From: Bacteriovoracia bacterium
GTDB lineage: Bacteria > Bdellovibrionota > Bacteriovoracia > Bacteriovoracales > Bacteriovoracaceae
Length of the DNA: 27,140 nt
Direction of reading: 5' to 3'
Assembly: GCA_046570105.1 (NCBI GenBank)
Contig: JBKHVI010000014.1
Location: 23,780-50,919 of the forward strand
Shown: positions 1 to 7,767 of the stretch, in pieces
Numbering within the stretch: position 1 is the first letter of the stretch
How the letters are laid out: each line of letters begins with the position of its first letter
The notes under the pieces: model-generated
What the model was told of the DNA's origin: nothing
Databases searched by the model: none
Seen by the model: only the letters and a program-made list of their open reading frames with translations
Program-made: the position numbers and the translations under genes

Positions 1-1955
1 AGTGGCGTGAACATGAAACGCTCCACCGCCACAAACGTCAGAGTAAATTCCATACCAGCAAAGGCGGTGATAAAAAAGAAATAGGCCAAGTTGGTTTTAT
101 TCACACCCGGAAACGGTAATCCTTGGAAGAGCTTAAAGGGATTAGCTGTGCGATGCAGACCCTCACCACGCCCACGCTTCTCTGGCGGCAGTGTCTCTGG
201 AAATTTCGTCAGCACCAAAATGAAATTCAAAAGCCCCAAGACTCCGGCAATGAGAGCGGCCACTGAGAAGGGATTCACTCCGTACTGAATAAGCTCAGGG
301 TAATAAACCGTCAGATCAAAGAGAGCAGAAATACCACCAAGAGCAGGTCCGATAATAAACCCAAGCGCAAAAGCGATACCAATGACTGCCATCCCTTTTG
401 AGCGATTTTTCTGATCAGTCACATCGGCAACAACCGCTGAAGCAATCGAGAGATTTCCACTCATCAAACCACCAATAGCTCGGCCAAGGATCAAAAGCGT
501 GAATGAACCGGCAAAAAACCACAGGCCATAACTTAAAAACAAACCCAGAATAGAAATGACGAGCACCGGTTTGCGACCCACTTTATCTGAGATCGCGCCC
601 CACATGGGAGCAGCGACAAATTGCAAGAGTGAATAGAGCGCGCCGAGGATGCCACCAAAGAGCACGATCGAGCTGGCGGAATTAGCGAGCGCGCCTTCAC
701 CACCGAAAGTTTGCAGATCACCCACCAAAGAGAAAATCGCTTTCAAAAAAACGTTATCAGCATCTGTCGCCAGATAATGTTTTGCCAGCGCGGGGAACAT
801 CGGGAAAATTATTGAGAAGCCGATGAGATCCAGGAGCATAGTAAGAAACATCAGCTTCAATACACCCTTGGATTCTTTACTCATGGGTTCAGGGCGCTGA
901 GTTTTTAAATCTTCCATATGAATTTCCAAATCCTTCTTGATATCGATCGTGTGATAGAGCGCTTCTCGCTCCTCACTATTTCCGTTCGCAGTTACATTGA
1001 TAAAATTCGCATAGTCTTTGATCCAAGCGGGTTCCGCATTGAGACACGGAATCGCCGTGAGTTTACCACCGTGCTCTTCCACCATCTCTTTGAGCTCATG
1101 ACCGATTTCATCGGTGGTCTCCAAGCAATCCACCACAAAACTTGGGCAATAAACCGCGATGTGTTTTTTGCCTTCCACTTTTACCATGTGTTCAACCGTT
1201 TCATCGGTATAGGGCCCGAGCCATATCTCAGACCCAAAGCGCGATTGAAAGAGCATACGCATGGGGTAATTTCTCTCTTCCAGCCCCTTTTCAATCAGCT
1301 TATAAGTTTCCAAGCAGTGGCGGAAATAAAGATCACCCTTATCCAACACACGTCGCAAGGGGATGCCGTGAAAAGAAATCACCAACATGTCGGGTTGATT
1401 GTTTTTAAGACTCTCTTGTATGAGTCTCACCGAGTGATCAATAAAACATTTGGCGCGATGATAAGAATCAATAACCGTGAATCCGGGAATGTTCACGCGG
1501 TTTTTAAATTCATGGCCGAGCCCATCCACCACCGAGGCAATCGTCGATTCGGCGTACTGAGGAAATTGGGGAAAGACGATGACTTTTTGTGCTCGTGTCT
1601 CCACTGGCTCTTTTTCCCAATCGTCTAAGATTTTTCCTGGGCGCGGATCGGCCAATAAAAAACAGTGGTTAATTTCCAGATTTGGCGCCAAGTGCGGGCG
1701 AATGCCATCAGCGACAAGTTTGGTGGTTTTAACCAAAGGGAAACCGGAACCATCCCAGATTCGTGAGTAGAGTTTGGCCGAGCGCTTGGGGCGAAATGGT
1801 AAAATAAAAAGGTTCAAAATGAGAAACCATAACCAGCGTGGGACATCCACTACCCGGGGGTCAGCGAGAAATTCCCTCAAGAAAGCACGCACATCCGAGG
1901 TAGATGGGCTTTTGGGTGAGCCTAATTGGCCAATGATTATCTTGGTCTTGGTCAT
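1..1955 (-). CDS. hemH: Ferrochelatase fused in frame to a TetA/DHA1-like MFS transporter (3' end runs off the window; >650 aa)
   Basis: Manual translation from ATG 1955 (SD AGGA) shows no stop down to base 1. aa 1-~320 carry ferrochelatase motifs QLGSP, FLADPRVVD, PQYA, SFHGIP (H196), FQSRFG..WLGPYT, CPSFVVDCLET (E279), PCLN. After a polar linker come MFS motifs LDLIGFSIIFP, motif A WGAISDKVGRKPV, motif B LILGRAIGG and motif C GFIIGPALGG. Confidence 0.9.
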   Translation of the reverse strand, partial: MTKTKIIIGQLGSPKSPSTSDVRAFLREFLADPRVVDVPRWLWFLILNLFILPFRPKRSAKLYSRIWDGSGFPLVKTTKLVADGIRPHLAPNLEINHCFLLADPRPGKILDDWEKEPVETRAQKVIVFPQFPQYAESTIASVVDGLGHEFKNRVNIPGFTVIDSYHRAKCFIDHSVRLIQESLKNNQPDMLVISFHGIPLRRVLDKGDLYFRHCLETYKLIEKGLEERNYPMRMLFQSRFGSEIWLGPYTDETVEHMVKVEGKKHIAVYCPSFVVDCLETTDEIGHELKEMVEEHGGKLTAIPCLNAEPAWIKDYANFINVTANGNSEEREALYHTIDIKKDLEIHMEDLKTQRPEPMSKESKGVLKLMFLTMLLDLIGFSIIFPMFPALAKHYLATDADNVFLKAIFSLVGDLQTFGGEGALANSASSIVLFGGILGALYSLLQFVAAPMWGAISDKVGRKPVLVISILGLFLSYGLWFFAGSFTLLILGRAIGGLMSGNLSIASAVVADVTDQKNRSKGMAVIGIAFALGFIIGPALGGISALFDLTVYYPELIQYGVNPFSVAALIAGVLGLLNFILVLTKFPETLPPEKRGRGEGLHRTANPFKLFQGLPFPGVNKTNLAYFFFITAFAGMEFTLTFVAVERFMFTP

Positions 1956-2033
1956 GATTTTCCTAAAGCATTGAAACTTCCTACTATTTCTGCCATAAAA
2001 GCCTCATAAGTGGCCATTAGACATGAGGTGTAT

Positions 2034-2546
2034 ATGAAGAAAAAAGCGCGCAGTGAGAAAGAACTCAAAGGAGTGACACTCTTAGGCCAAACGCATACCG
2101 ACTATCCCTCGACTTATGCCCCAGAGGTCCTTGAGTCTTTTCCTAACAAGCACCCGAGCATGGATAATTGGACAACTTTTGTCTGTACCGAATTCACCAG
2201 TTTGTGTCCCAAAACTGGCCAACCGGACTTTGCGCGCATCTATATCAACTACATCGCCGATAAGCTGATGGTGGAATCGAAATCTTTGAAGCTCTATCTC
2301 TTTAGCTTCAGAAACCATGGCGATTTTCATGAGGATTGTGTCGCTAAAATGTGCCATGACCTAAATTCGCTGATGAAGCCCCGTTATCTTGAGGTTATCG
2401 GCGAGTTCACTCCTCGCGGCGGGATTGCTATTTATCCTTATGCCCAGGCCAGCAACGGACAAAAAACCTATGATAACTTACGCTTAACGCGAATGGCGGA
2501 ATATGCCCCCGGGAAGTACACCCTTCCTTTGCAGCGCGTATACTGA
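2034..2546 (+). CDS. queF: NADPH-dependent 7-cyano-7-deazaguanine reductase (unimodular QueF)
   Basis: Motifs [36 protein letters not shown] and FTPRGGI. Start placed at ATG 2034 after SD GAGGTG. Confidence 0.95.
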   Translation: MKKKARSEKELKGVTLLGQTHTDYPSTYAPEVLESFPNKHPSMDNWTTFVCTEFTSLCPKTGQPDFARIYINYIADKLMVESKSLKLYLFSFRNHGDFHEDCVAKMCHDLNSLMKPRYLEVIGEFTPRGGIAIYPYAQASNGQKTYDNLRLTRMAEYAPGKYTLPLQRVY

Positions 2547-2573
2547 TAAAATCGAGGAAACAAAGGAAGCCCC

Positions 2574-2738
2574 ATGTTTGGACTAGGTATTGGCGAGTTA
2601 CTGATTATTCTTTTAGTCGTTTTAGTCTTCTTTGGAGGCTCACGTTTGCCGAAGCTTGGTAGCTCTCTCGGTGAGGCGATCAATAACTTCAAAAAGGGCA
2701 TGAAAGAGTCTGATAAGAAAGACGAGACTAAACCTTAA
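2574..2738 (+). CDS. tatA: Twin-arginine translocase TatA/E subunit (54 aa, absent from ORF track)
   Basis: MFGLGIGELLIILLVVLVFFGGSRLPKLGSSLGEAINNFKKGMKE...: TM helix, FG hinge, amphipathic helix with FK. SD AAAGGA. Overlaps the 3' end of the convergent gene by 11 nt. Confidence 0.93.
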   Translation: MFGLGIGELLIILLVVLVFFGGSRLPKLGSSLGEAINNFKKGMKESDKKDETKP

Positions 2739-4221
2739 TTTTTAAGTTCTCCAGGACTCGGATAACGACGGGTCCTGGTATATTTCGCTCCATCTCTTCA
2801 ATCACAAGTTTCACTCCATCTTCATAATTAACCGACACTCCTCGACGAAGTGCGAGAGTTTGCACGTAGCGAGTCGCTCGGTCCACCAGTTTATTATTCG
2901 ATGGTTTCACCCAGCTCATGATGTTATCCAAATAAAATCCTCGTCGCCCCATCATGAGAGTTGAAAGTATATTGAGCGCCATTTTGAGATTGAGATGCAG
3001 CCACAAAGGATGAAGGCCCCACACTTCTTGCGACCATTGCAACTCTTCACTCTCCCACAGGATGCGGCCTTGCTTGACGTGAAAACTCACCACTTCTCCA
3101 CCCCGACGGGCCAAGGACATTTCAGAGATATCAAACCCCATTAAAACATCATGAGTTATTTTTTGCGTCAGTTCTGGCCAGGCGAGACAACGTGGAGTTC
3201 TGCCTAACAGAGAATTCCAGGCGGCCTCAGAGTTCTTAGCACCATCCACCACTAAAAATATGGGTGCTTTAGGTGTTTGATCCAATAAATTTTCAAAGGC
3301 CGGTTGAGTGAATGTCGGCGAGCGCTCGGTGGTGTCAGTTAAGAGTGAAATAGCTAATTGTGGATCAGCGAGATAAGTTGTGAACTCACCACGTTCATGA
3401 GTGGCCGCTTCTTTTTCAATAAAAGGAAGCATCCCTTGATAGCTCTGGACGCCACACCACTCACGCCACTTAGTCAGGGTTTCATAAAAATGTGAGCGAT
3501 CTTTCCAATCAAATAACAGGGCAAAACCGGCCGCCGCCATTTGCACTGTGGAGGCCTGCATGCGTGTACTGCCTGTGAGGGCCATCGCTCCACAAGTGAG
3601 ATTTAATTTTTGCACGTGGGGATTATGCAAGACCGCTTGGCAGCGTCTTAAAAACAGGAGCTCTTGATCTGGATTACAGTATATAAACCAGGGTGCCTCG
3701 TGAGAAATACGAGCAGCTTCCAAACAAGCGCCTATCACAAAGGGGGTCTCTCCCCCTTCCGTAATGGCCATTAAGAGATCGCCATTTTTAAACCCCAAAT
3801 CATGGAGCTGTCGTTCACCATAGGGAGTGCGGTCTTCAAAACTTTCGACTGATTTAATGAGGGCGTAATCACCGCCGGCCATGAACGCACGAATGCGTCC
3901 TGGATAGCGCTGCATTTGCAGACTGAGTGTTTCGAGTACGAGACTTAATCGTCCCGTCGCTCCACAGCCGACTAATAAAATATCATTGCCGCGCTTGAGA
4001 GTGGCTTCCACTCTTTGAAAGAGAGACCATATTCCCTCACGATTGCGCTCGAGAGTGAGGAGTGCCAGTTGATCTACTTGCTTTAGAGTCTCTGTAGCTA
4101 CTAACAAATTATTGACACTTAATTGAGAGAGATCTTTGGTGAGATGATGCGAGCCTTCAGTCGTTAAATGACCGAGACGAAACTGATCCGCAATCGCCAG
4201 AAAGTCCTGCACCTTATTCAT
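2728..4221 (-). CDS. MurQ/glucokinase regulatory protein (GKRP)-like double-SIS protein, 497 aa
   Basis: MurQ-like motifs GCGATGRL, AGGDYALIKSVESFED, EGGETPFV, LTGSTRMQ, KMALNILST and PSNNKLVDRA, with a ~185-aa insert containing DTTERSPTF. Confidence 0.8.
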   Translation of the reverse strand: MNKVQDFLAIADQFRLGHLTTEGSHHLTKDLSQLSVNNLLVATETLKQVDQLALLTLERNREGIWSLFQRVEATLKRGNDILLVGCGATGRLSLVLETLSLQMQRYPGRIRAFMAGGDYALIKSVESFEDRTPYGERQLHDLGFKNGDLLMAITEGGETPFVIGACLEAARISHEAPWFIYCNPDQELLFLRRCQAVLHNPHVQKLNLTCGAMALTGSTRMQASTVQMAAAGFALLFDWKDRSHFYETLTKWREWCGVQSYQGMLPFIEKEAATHERGEFTTYLADPQLAISLLTDTTERSPTFTQPAFENLLDQTPKAPIFLVVDGAKNSEAAWNSLLGRTPRCLAWPELTQKITHDVLMGFDISEMSLARRGGEVVSFHVKQGRILWESEELQWSQEVWGLHPLWLHLNLKMALNILSTLMMGRRGFYLDNIMSWVKPSNNKLVDRATRYVQTLALRRGVSVNYEDGVKLVIEEMERNIPGPVVIRVLENLKIKV

Positions 4222-4227
4222 GGCGCC

Positions 4228-4233
4228 ATTGTA
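4228..4233 (-). promoter_or_regulatory. Putative -10 box (TACAAT) 6 nt upstream of ATG 4221; candidate leaderless promoter
   Basis: Minus strand reads TACAAT-GGCGCC-ATG, with no SD upstream. Confidence 0.45.
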
Positions 4234-4265
4234 TTAAAATCGTGGTGGAGATGTATATGGAAGGT

Positions 4266-4296
4266 AAAAAAAAAGGGAGCCCCTGCATGGCTCCCT
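4266..4296 (-). terminator. Rho-independent terminator
   Basis: GGGAGCC/GGCTCCC stem with a 7-nt loop, followed by 9 T on the minus strand (A-run 4266-4274). Confidence 0.8.
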
Positions 4297-4340
4297 CTTT
4301 TCGGCATCCTGCCTCTCGAAGCAACATCCTGTCACTTCAT
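4266..4340 (-). ncRNA. Candidate CsrA/RsmA-binding small RNA (~75 nt)
   Basis: Minus strand has TATAAT at 4347-4352, hairpin GAAGUGACA-GGA-UGUUGCUUC (4318-4338), hairpin GGCA-GGA-UGCC (4303-4313), then a terminator with U9. It lies between divergent genes. Confidence 0.55.
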
Positions 4341-4346
4341 ACTATG

Positions 4347-4373
4347 ATTATACCCATGAACGCACAGGTTCAA
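4347..4373 (-). promoter_or_regulatory. Sigma70-like promoter for the candidate sRNA
   Basis: Perfect TATAAT (4347-4352). TTGAAC lies 15 nt upstream (short spacer); CTTTGA lies at 17 nt. Confidence 0.5.
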
Positions 4374-4511
4374 AGCGGAAATTTCGATGGGCAATCTTTT
4401 CCAAAGTCCTATTGTTTAGCCACCGTCTTTTTCTCGCCTCGGCGAGAGATGTTCGGATAGAATAATCACAACTGAAATGAATCAAGCCCCCGTAAACGCT
4501 GGAGAGAGGTC

Positions 4512-4838
4512 ATGAAGAAGTCAACTAAGACTAAACCGACAAAATCGTCCCAGTATTCGGACATTAAGACCTTCACCTACTTTATCGCCTCCCCTCCAAA
4601 GCGAAAGACCGGGTATCGCGAGCGGGAATTCGACAAGATCATGCATGGAATTTTGAGTGAAGGGCACGAAGTTTTGGATTGGAAGATGCAATCGGTGAGT
4701 GACGGTGTGTATGTCATCTTTATGTTGAAGGGTACTAAAAAAGAAAACCGTGGTGCGGGCCTTGACCTCCATGAGAAATATGGTCTCGCCGATCGCCATA
4801 GCGACTCGAGCTTGGAATTATTGGATGATGAAAATTAA
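4512..4838 (+). CDS. Hypothetical protein, 108 aa
   Basis: Strong SD GGAGAGAGG before ATG. First of three overlapping + strand genes. Confidence 0.75.
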   Translation: MKKSTKTKPTKSSQYSDIKTFTYFIASPPKRKTGYREREFDKIMHGILSEGHEVLDWKMQSVSDGVYVIFMLKGTKKENRGAGLDLHEKYGLADRHSDSSLELLDDEN

Positions 4839-6084
4839 ATTTCTCACTCTCTTATTAGTGATCGCAGGATGCAGCCAAGTACTGCAGCGCTTAGAGCTTG
4901 AGTCGGAGATTCCTCGCTCGCCTATTCAAACTGCCAGTGAACTAACCGCCTGTGCTCGCCCCTCTTTACGCTTACCTCAACTCGTTGGCTCTAATCCCAA
5001 AGCTCAGCGTGGCTTCACTGACTTTCTAAAAGAATTAGAAGACCTCAAATTAGATTTCATTGAAAAAACTGTGCTGTGGTCACTCTTACAAATGAACATT
5101 CGACCGGATCTTGCCTCACCCACGGCACGTTTTCAATTTCTTGTCCGGCAAAATGAGCAAAGTCTCTATCGGGACTTCTCTATGAGTGAGAAAGGTGGCT
5201 ACCCTTTCTTTACCGGACTCAATGATCTTTTGAAAAATCATCCTAAGAAACGTGGACTTCATTGGTATGCCAAGCTTTTGGATGACAAATTCAAAACTGA
5301 AATTGTAGCTGGAAAAACGCTTGAACTAAGATTGCGTGAAATGAAAGCTGTCTTGGGCCCTGAGCCCATTTTGCGACGCCATTTTTTTCGCGGCGATGAA
5401 CTCATTCGCGAAAGCGAGCGCCTCTCGAAAGTAAACTTCCAAAAACTCGTCAAAGCGGCTCAAGAAAAGAGTGTTCCTACACCCATGAACGAAACGCTCT
5501 TCTCATATCGAAAAACACCTCAGCTCGATGTTCGCTGTAATTATGATTTCACGCTCTACGACAACTCTATTTTCTTAATTGATAAAGACGAGAACGTCGG
5601 CCACCTCTTTGGACTCACCCAAGGTAAAGATGCCTTCTTAGCAGTCGTAGCTCAAAAAACTAACGAGCCCAAGGCGCTCTTTGGTGAAGCCGTCATTGAA
5701 GGGACGGCTAAAGTTCGCTCGAGCGCATTTTGTCTGATTAAGTCCCAAGCCGAAGAAATTTGGGTCACCTCCAATCAAAGCCGTGATCCCGGCCAGCATG
5801 TCTATCACCTTTTCCGTTATGGGCTCACTAAAGCGCATACCCCTGAAGATATTCAGCGCCTGCTTCGTCACTCACGCCATATGTTCCTCTCCGACCCTCT
5901 GCGCTTGGTGATTGAGAGTTCCCGCAGTCGTGACAATCAAATCCAAGAACTCTTGAAACTCAATGTTCCCATCTATAATGCAGAGTCTATGGGCAATATT
6001 TGGGCCTGGAGTGATTTAGCGAATGAAGGTGGCCGCTTCTTTATTGATGATCGCAACCCTGGAGCACTGTTTTGCGCTCCATGA
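4828..6084 (+). CDS. Hypothetical lipoprotein (~418 aa)
   Basis: Start re-placed at ATG 4828 (or 4825): MKIKFLTLLLVIAG|C lipobox. No recognisable catalytic motif. Confidence 0.75.
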   Translation: MKIKFLTLLLVIAGCSQVLQRLELESEIPRSPIQTASELTACARPSLRLPQLVGSNPKAQRGFTDFLKELEDLKLDFIEKTVLWSLLQMNIRPDLASPTARFQFLVRQNEQSLYRDFSMSEKGGYPFFTGLNDLLKNHPKKRGLHWYAKLLDDKFKTEIVAGKTLELRLREMKAVLGPEPILRRHFFRGDELIRESERLSKVNFQKLVKAAQEKSVPTPMNETLFSYRKTPQLDVRCNYDFTLYDNSIFLIDKDENVGHLFGLTQGKDAFLAVVAQKTNEPKALFGEAVIEGTAKVRSSAFCLIKSQAEEIWVTSNQSRDPGQHVYHLFRYGLTKAHTPEDIQRLLRHSRHMFLSDPLRLVIESSRSRDNQIQELLKLNVPIYNAESMGNIWAWSDLANEGGRFFIDDRNPGALFCAP

Positions 6085-6302
6085 TCGAAGTCTATGGTAG
6101 GGCCTCGGGAAAGTTAGTGGGCACTTTTGAAGTGACTGATCCTGAAGAAATTCTGATGTTTTTTCTGATGCGCCATAATCTTCCCATCGCCTCAAGTTGC
6201 GCCGGCGATGGAGTCTGCAAAAAGTGTCGTATGAGTAATGACGAACTCTCCTGCCAAAAACGCGTGGGAGATGTCACACGCGTTGAATTCGATTATCTCT
6301 AA
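6081..6302 (+). CDS. Small 2Fe-2S ferredoxin-like protein (73 aa)
   Basis: IASSCAGDGVCKKC...LSCQ (C40, C46, C49, C58). ATGA overlap with the upstream stop. Confidence 0.75.
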   Translation: MIEVYGRASGKLVGTFEVTDPEEILMFFLMRHNLPIASSCAGDGVCKKCRMSNDELSCQKRVGDVTRVEFDYL

Positions 6303-6303
6303 G

Positions 6304-7614
6304 CTACTCCCACTCCGATGGCATTGGCAGGACTGTCAATTCTGCTAAGTTCGGGATCTCTTTTGATTTAGGATAAACCACATCAGTGACTTGAACATGG
6401 GCCATCTCGATCGACTCTTTCAAAGATAAGAGATGAGAATTCTCAGCTGCCGCAATAGCGCGTGGGCCATTCACCATACCACCTGACTTCACACGAATTT
6501 TCAAAAAAACTTTCTTATCTACTGTCGCCATCAAGATTTCTTTGATCTGCGCTGGAGTGAGTGCTGGATTAGCATCCTTCATCTGGCCGGCGATGTTAGA
6601 TACAAAGGGAGCAGCTTGCGAAGTACCTGAAACTGGCAATGAGCCACCGCCCGGAATCGCCGAGCGAATATAGAGTCCAGGTGCCGCCAGATCGACTGTG
6701 CCTGTTCCCCAATTTGAGAATGGAGCGAAGAATTCATCTTTATAAGTGGCCGCTACAGAAATGGTGTTAACAGCTTTAATATTCGCAGGAGAAAAACCAA
6801 CTTCATCATTATTGAGAGAATCATTACCTGCGGCAAAAACAAAAAGTGTTTTTGGTGCCAGCACGACATAAGACTTTCCATGCTTCACAACGGCATCAAG
6901 AAACAACTTAGCGGTGCGATTCTTTTCTTCCGTAGTGGGCTTACGTTTAAAGAGCAGATCAAATACCACGTCTGCATAATTCATGGCCTGAGACTTGCCG
7001 GTTCCAAACGAACAATTAGCAATGTCGGCGCCATGAGAATGGATGAATTGCGCAATCTCCTTCATGCCTTGTACCTGACGAACAGCAGCTTGCTCAATAA
7101 ACGCTTCGACGGCCGGCCAGATATCCGTTGGTTCATTTTTTGGATTGTTCTTAAAGTTCGCCGAAAGACTTGTTCTTAGAAGCGTGATTCCCATGGCCTT
7201 ATTGTCAGAATCTTTAATGGCGATACCAGCGACATGAGTTCCATGAATGAAAGTTCCAAAAGAGTTCGCCAGACGTTTAAAAAGAGGATCTTTCAATTGC
7301 TCACGTGCCCACTCTCTTTCTTCTGGAGTGGTACTAAAGAGAAAGGACTTCCCTTGAATCTCATAAAATTTGCGCAATTTTTCATCAGCGAAAAGCGGCA
7401 AAAAGTTGGTATCTATCACTTGATTGTTGTTATTCACAAAATTCCAGCCATGCTGGACGTTCTTATATCGGCCAGTAAACTGCGGTTTTTCGTTAGTCCA
7501 TAAATTGGGAACAATCATTTCATGCTTTGGATCCATCCCCGAATCAATCACGGCAATCGTGGCGGCCACAACCGGTTGGGCCAGAAGAAGGATGAGCGGT
7601 GCTAGTAATTTCAT
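6304..7614 (-). CDS. Secreted subtilisin-like S8 serine protease
   Basis: Signal peptide; catalytic motifs VIDSG, HGTHVAG, AAGND and SGTSQAAP. Confidence 0.92.
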   Translation of the reverse strand: MKLLAPLILLLAQPVVAATIAVIDSGMDPKHEMIVPNLWTNEKPQFTGRYKNVQHGWNFVNNNNQVIDTNFLPLFADEKLRKFYEIQGKSFLFSTTPEEREWAREQLKDPLFKRLANSFGTFIHGTHVAGIAIKDSDNKAMGITLLRTSLSANFKNNPKNEPTDIWPAVEAFIEQAAVRQVQGMKEIAQFIHSHGADIANCSFGTGKSQAMNYADVVFDLLFKRKPTTEEKNRTAKLFLDAVVKHGKSYVVLAPKTLFVFAAGNDSLNNDEVGFSPANIKAVNTISVAATYKDEFFAPFSNWGTGTVDLAAPGLYIRSAIPGGGSLPVSGTSQAAPFVSNIAGQMKDANPALTPAQIKEILMATVDKKVFLKIRVKSGGMVNGPRAIAAAENSHLLSLKESIEMAHVQVTDVVYPKSKEIPNLAELTVLPMPSEWE

Positions 7615-7713
7615 GAATGTCCCTTTGATTGGACTGTTATGCCTAGAAGCGCCGGTGAATGTGAGAGCGATTGTAAAAAGGACAGATTGGTGTCAGACGA
7701 TGTTAGGACTGGC

Positions 7714-7743
7714 AAAAAAAAGGGCCCTCAAACGAGGGCCCTT
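7714..7743 (-). terminator. Rho-independent terminator after the 7768..8508 gene
   Basis: AAGGGCCCTC-4 nt loop-GAGGGCCCTT, followed by a T-run on the minus strand (A-run 7714-7721). Confidence 0.85.
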
Positions 7744-7767
7744 CAACTTAGACAAACTTTCGAAGAA

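Noticed and set aside
1..917. Calling the MFS half a tetracycline resistance gene
   Set aside because: The motifs only place it in the TetA/DHA1-like family. No tetR or mobile context is visible, and it is fused to a housekeeping enzyme.
918..1628. 236-aa + strand ORF and other short + ORFs in 91-1974
   Set aside because: Antisense shadows of the ferrochelatase-MFS gene; 918..1628 is its exact codon-for-codon complement and has no motifs.
1956..2033. preQ1 riboswitch upstream of queF
   Set aside because: The 78-nt divergent spacer shows no preQ1-I stem-loop with A-rich tail that I could recognise.
4242..4460. 72-aa + strand ORF over the intergenic region
   Set aside because: No SD or protein motif, and it crosses a terminator and structured hairpins that are better explained as RNA elements.
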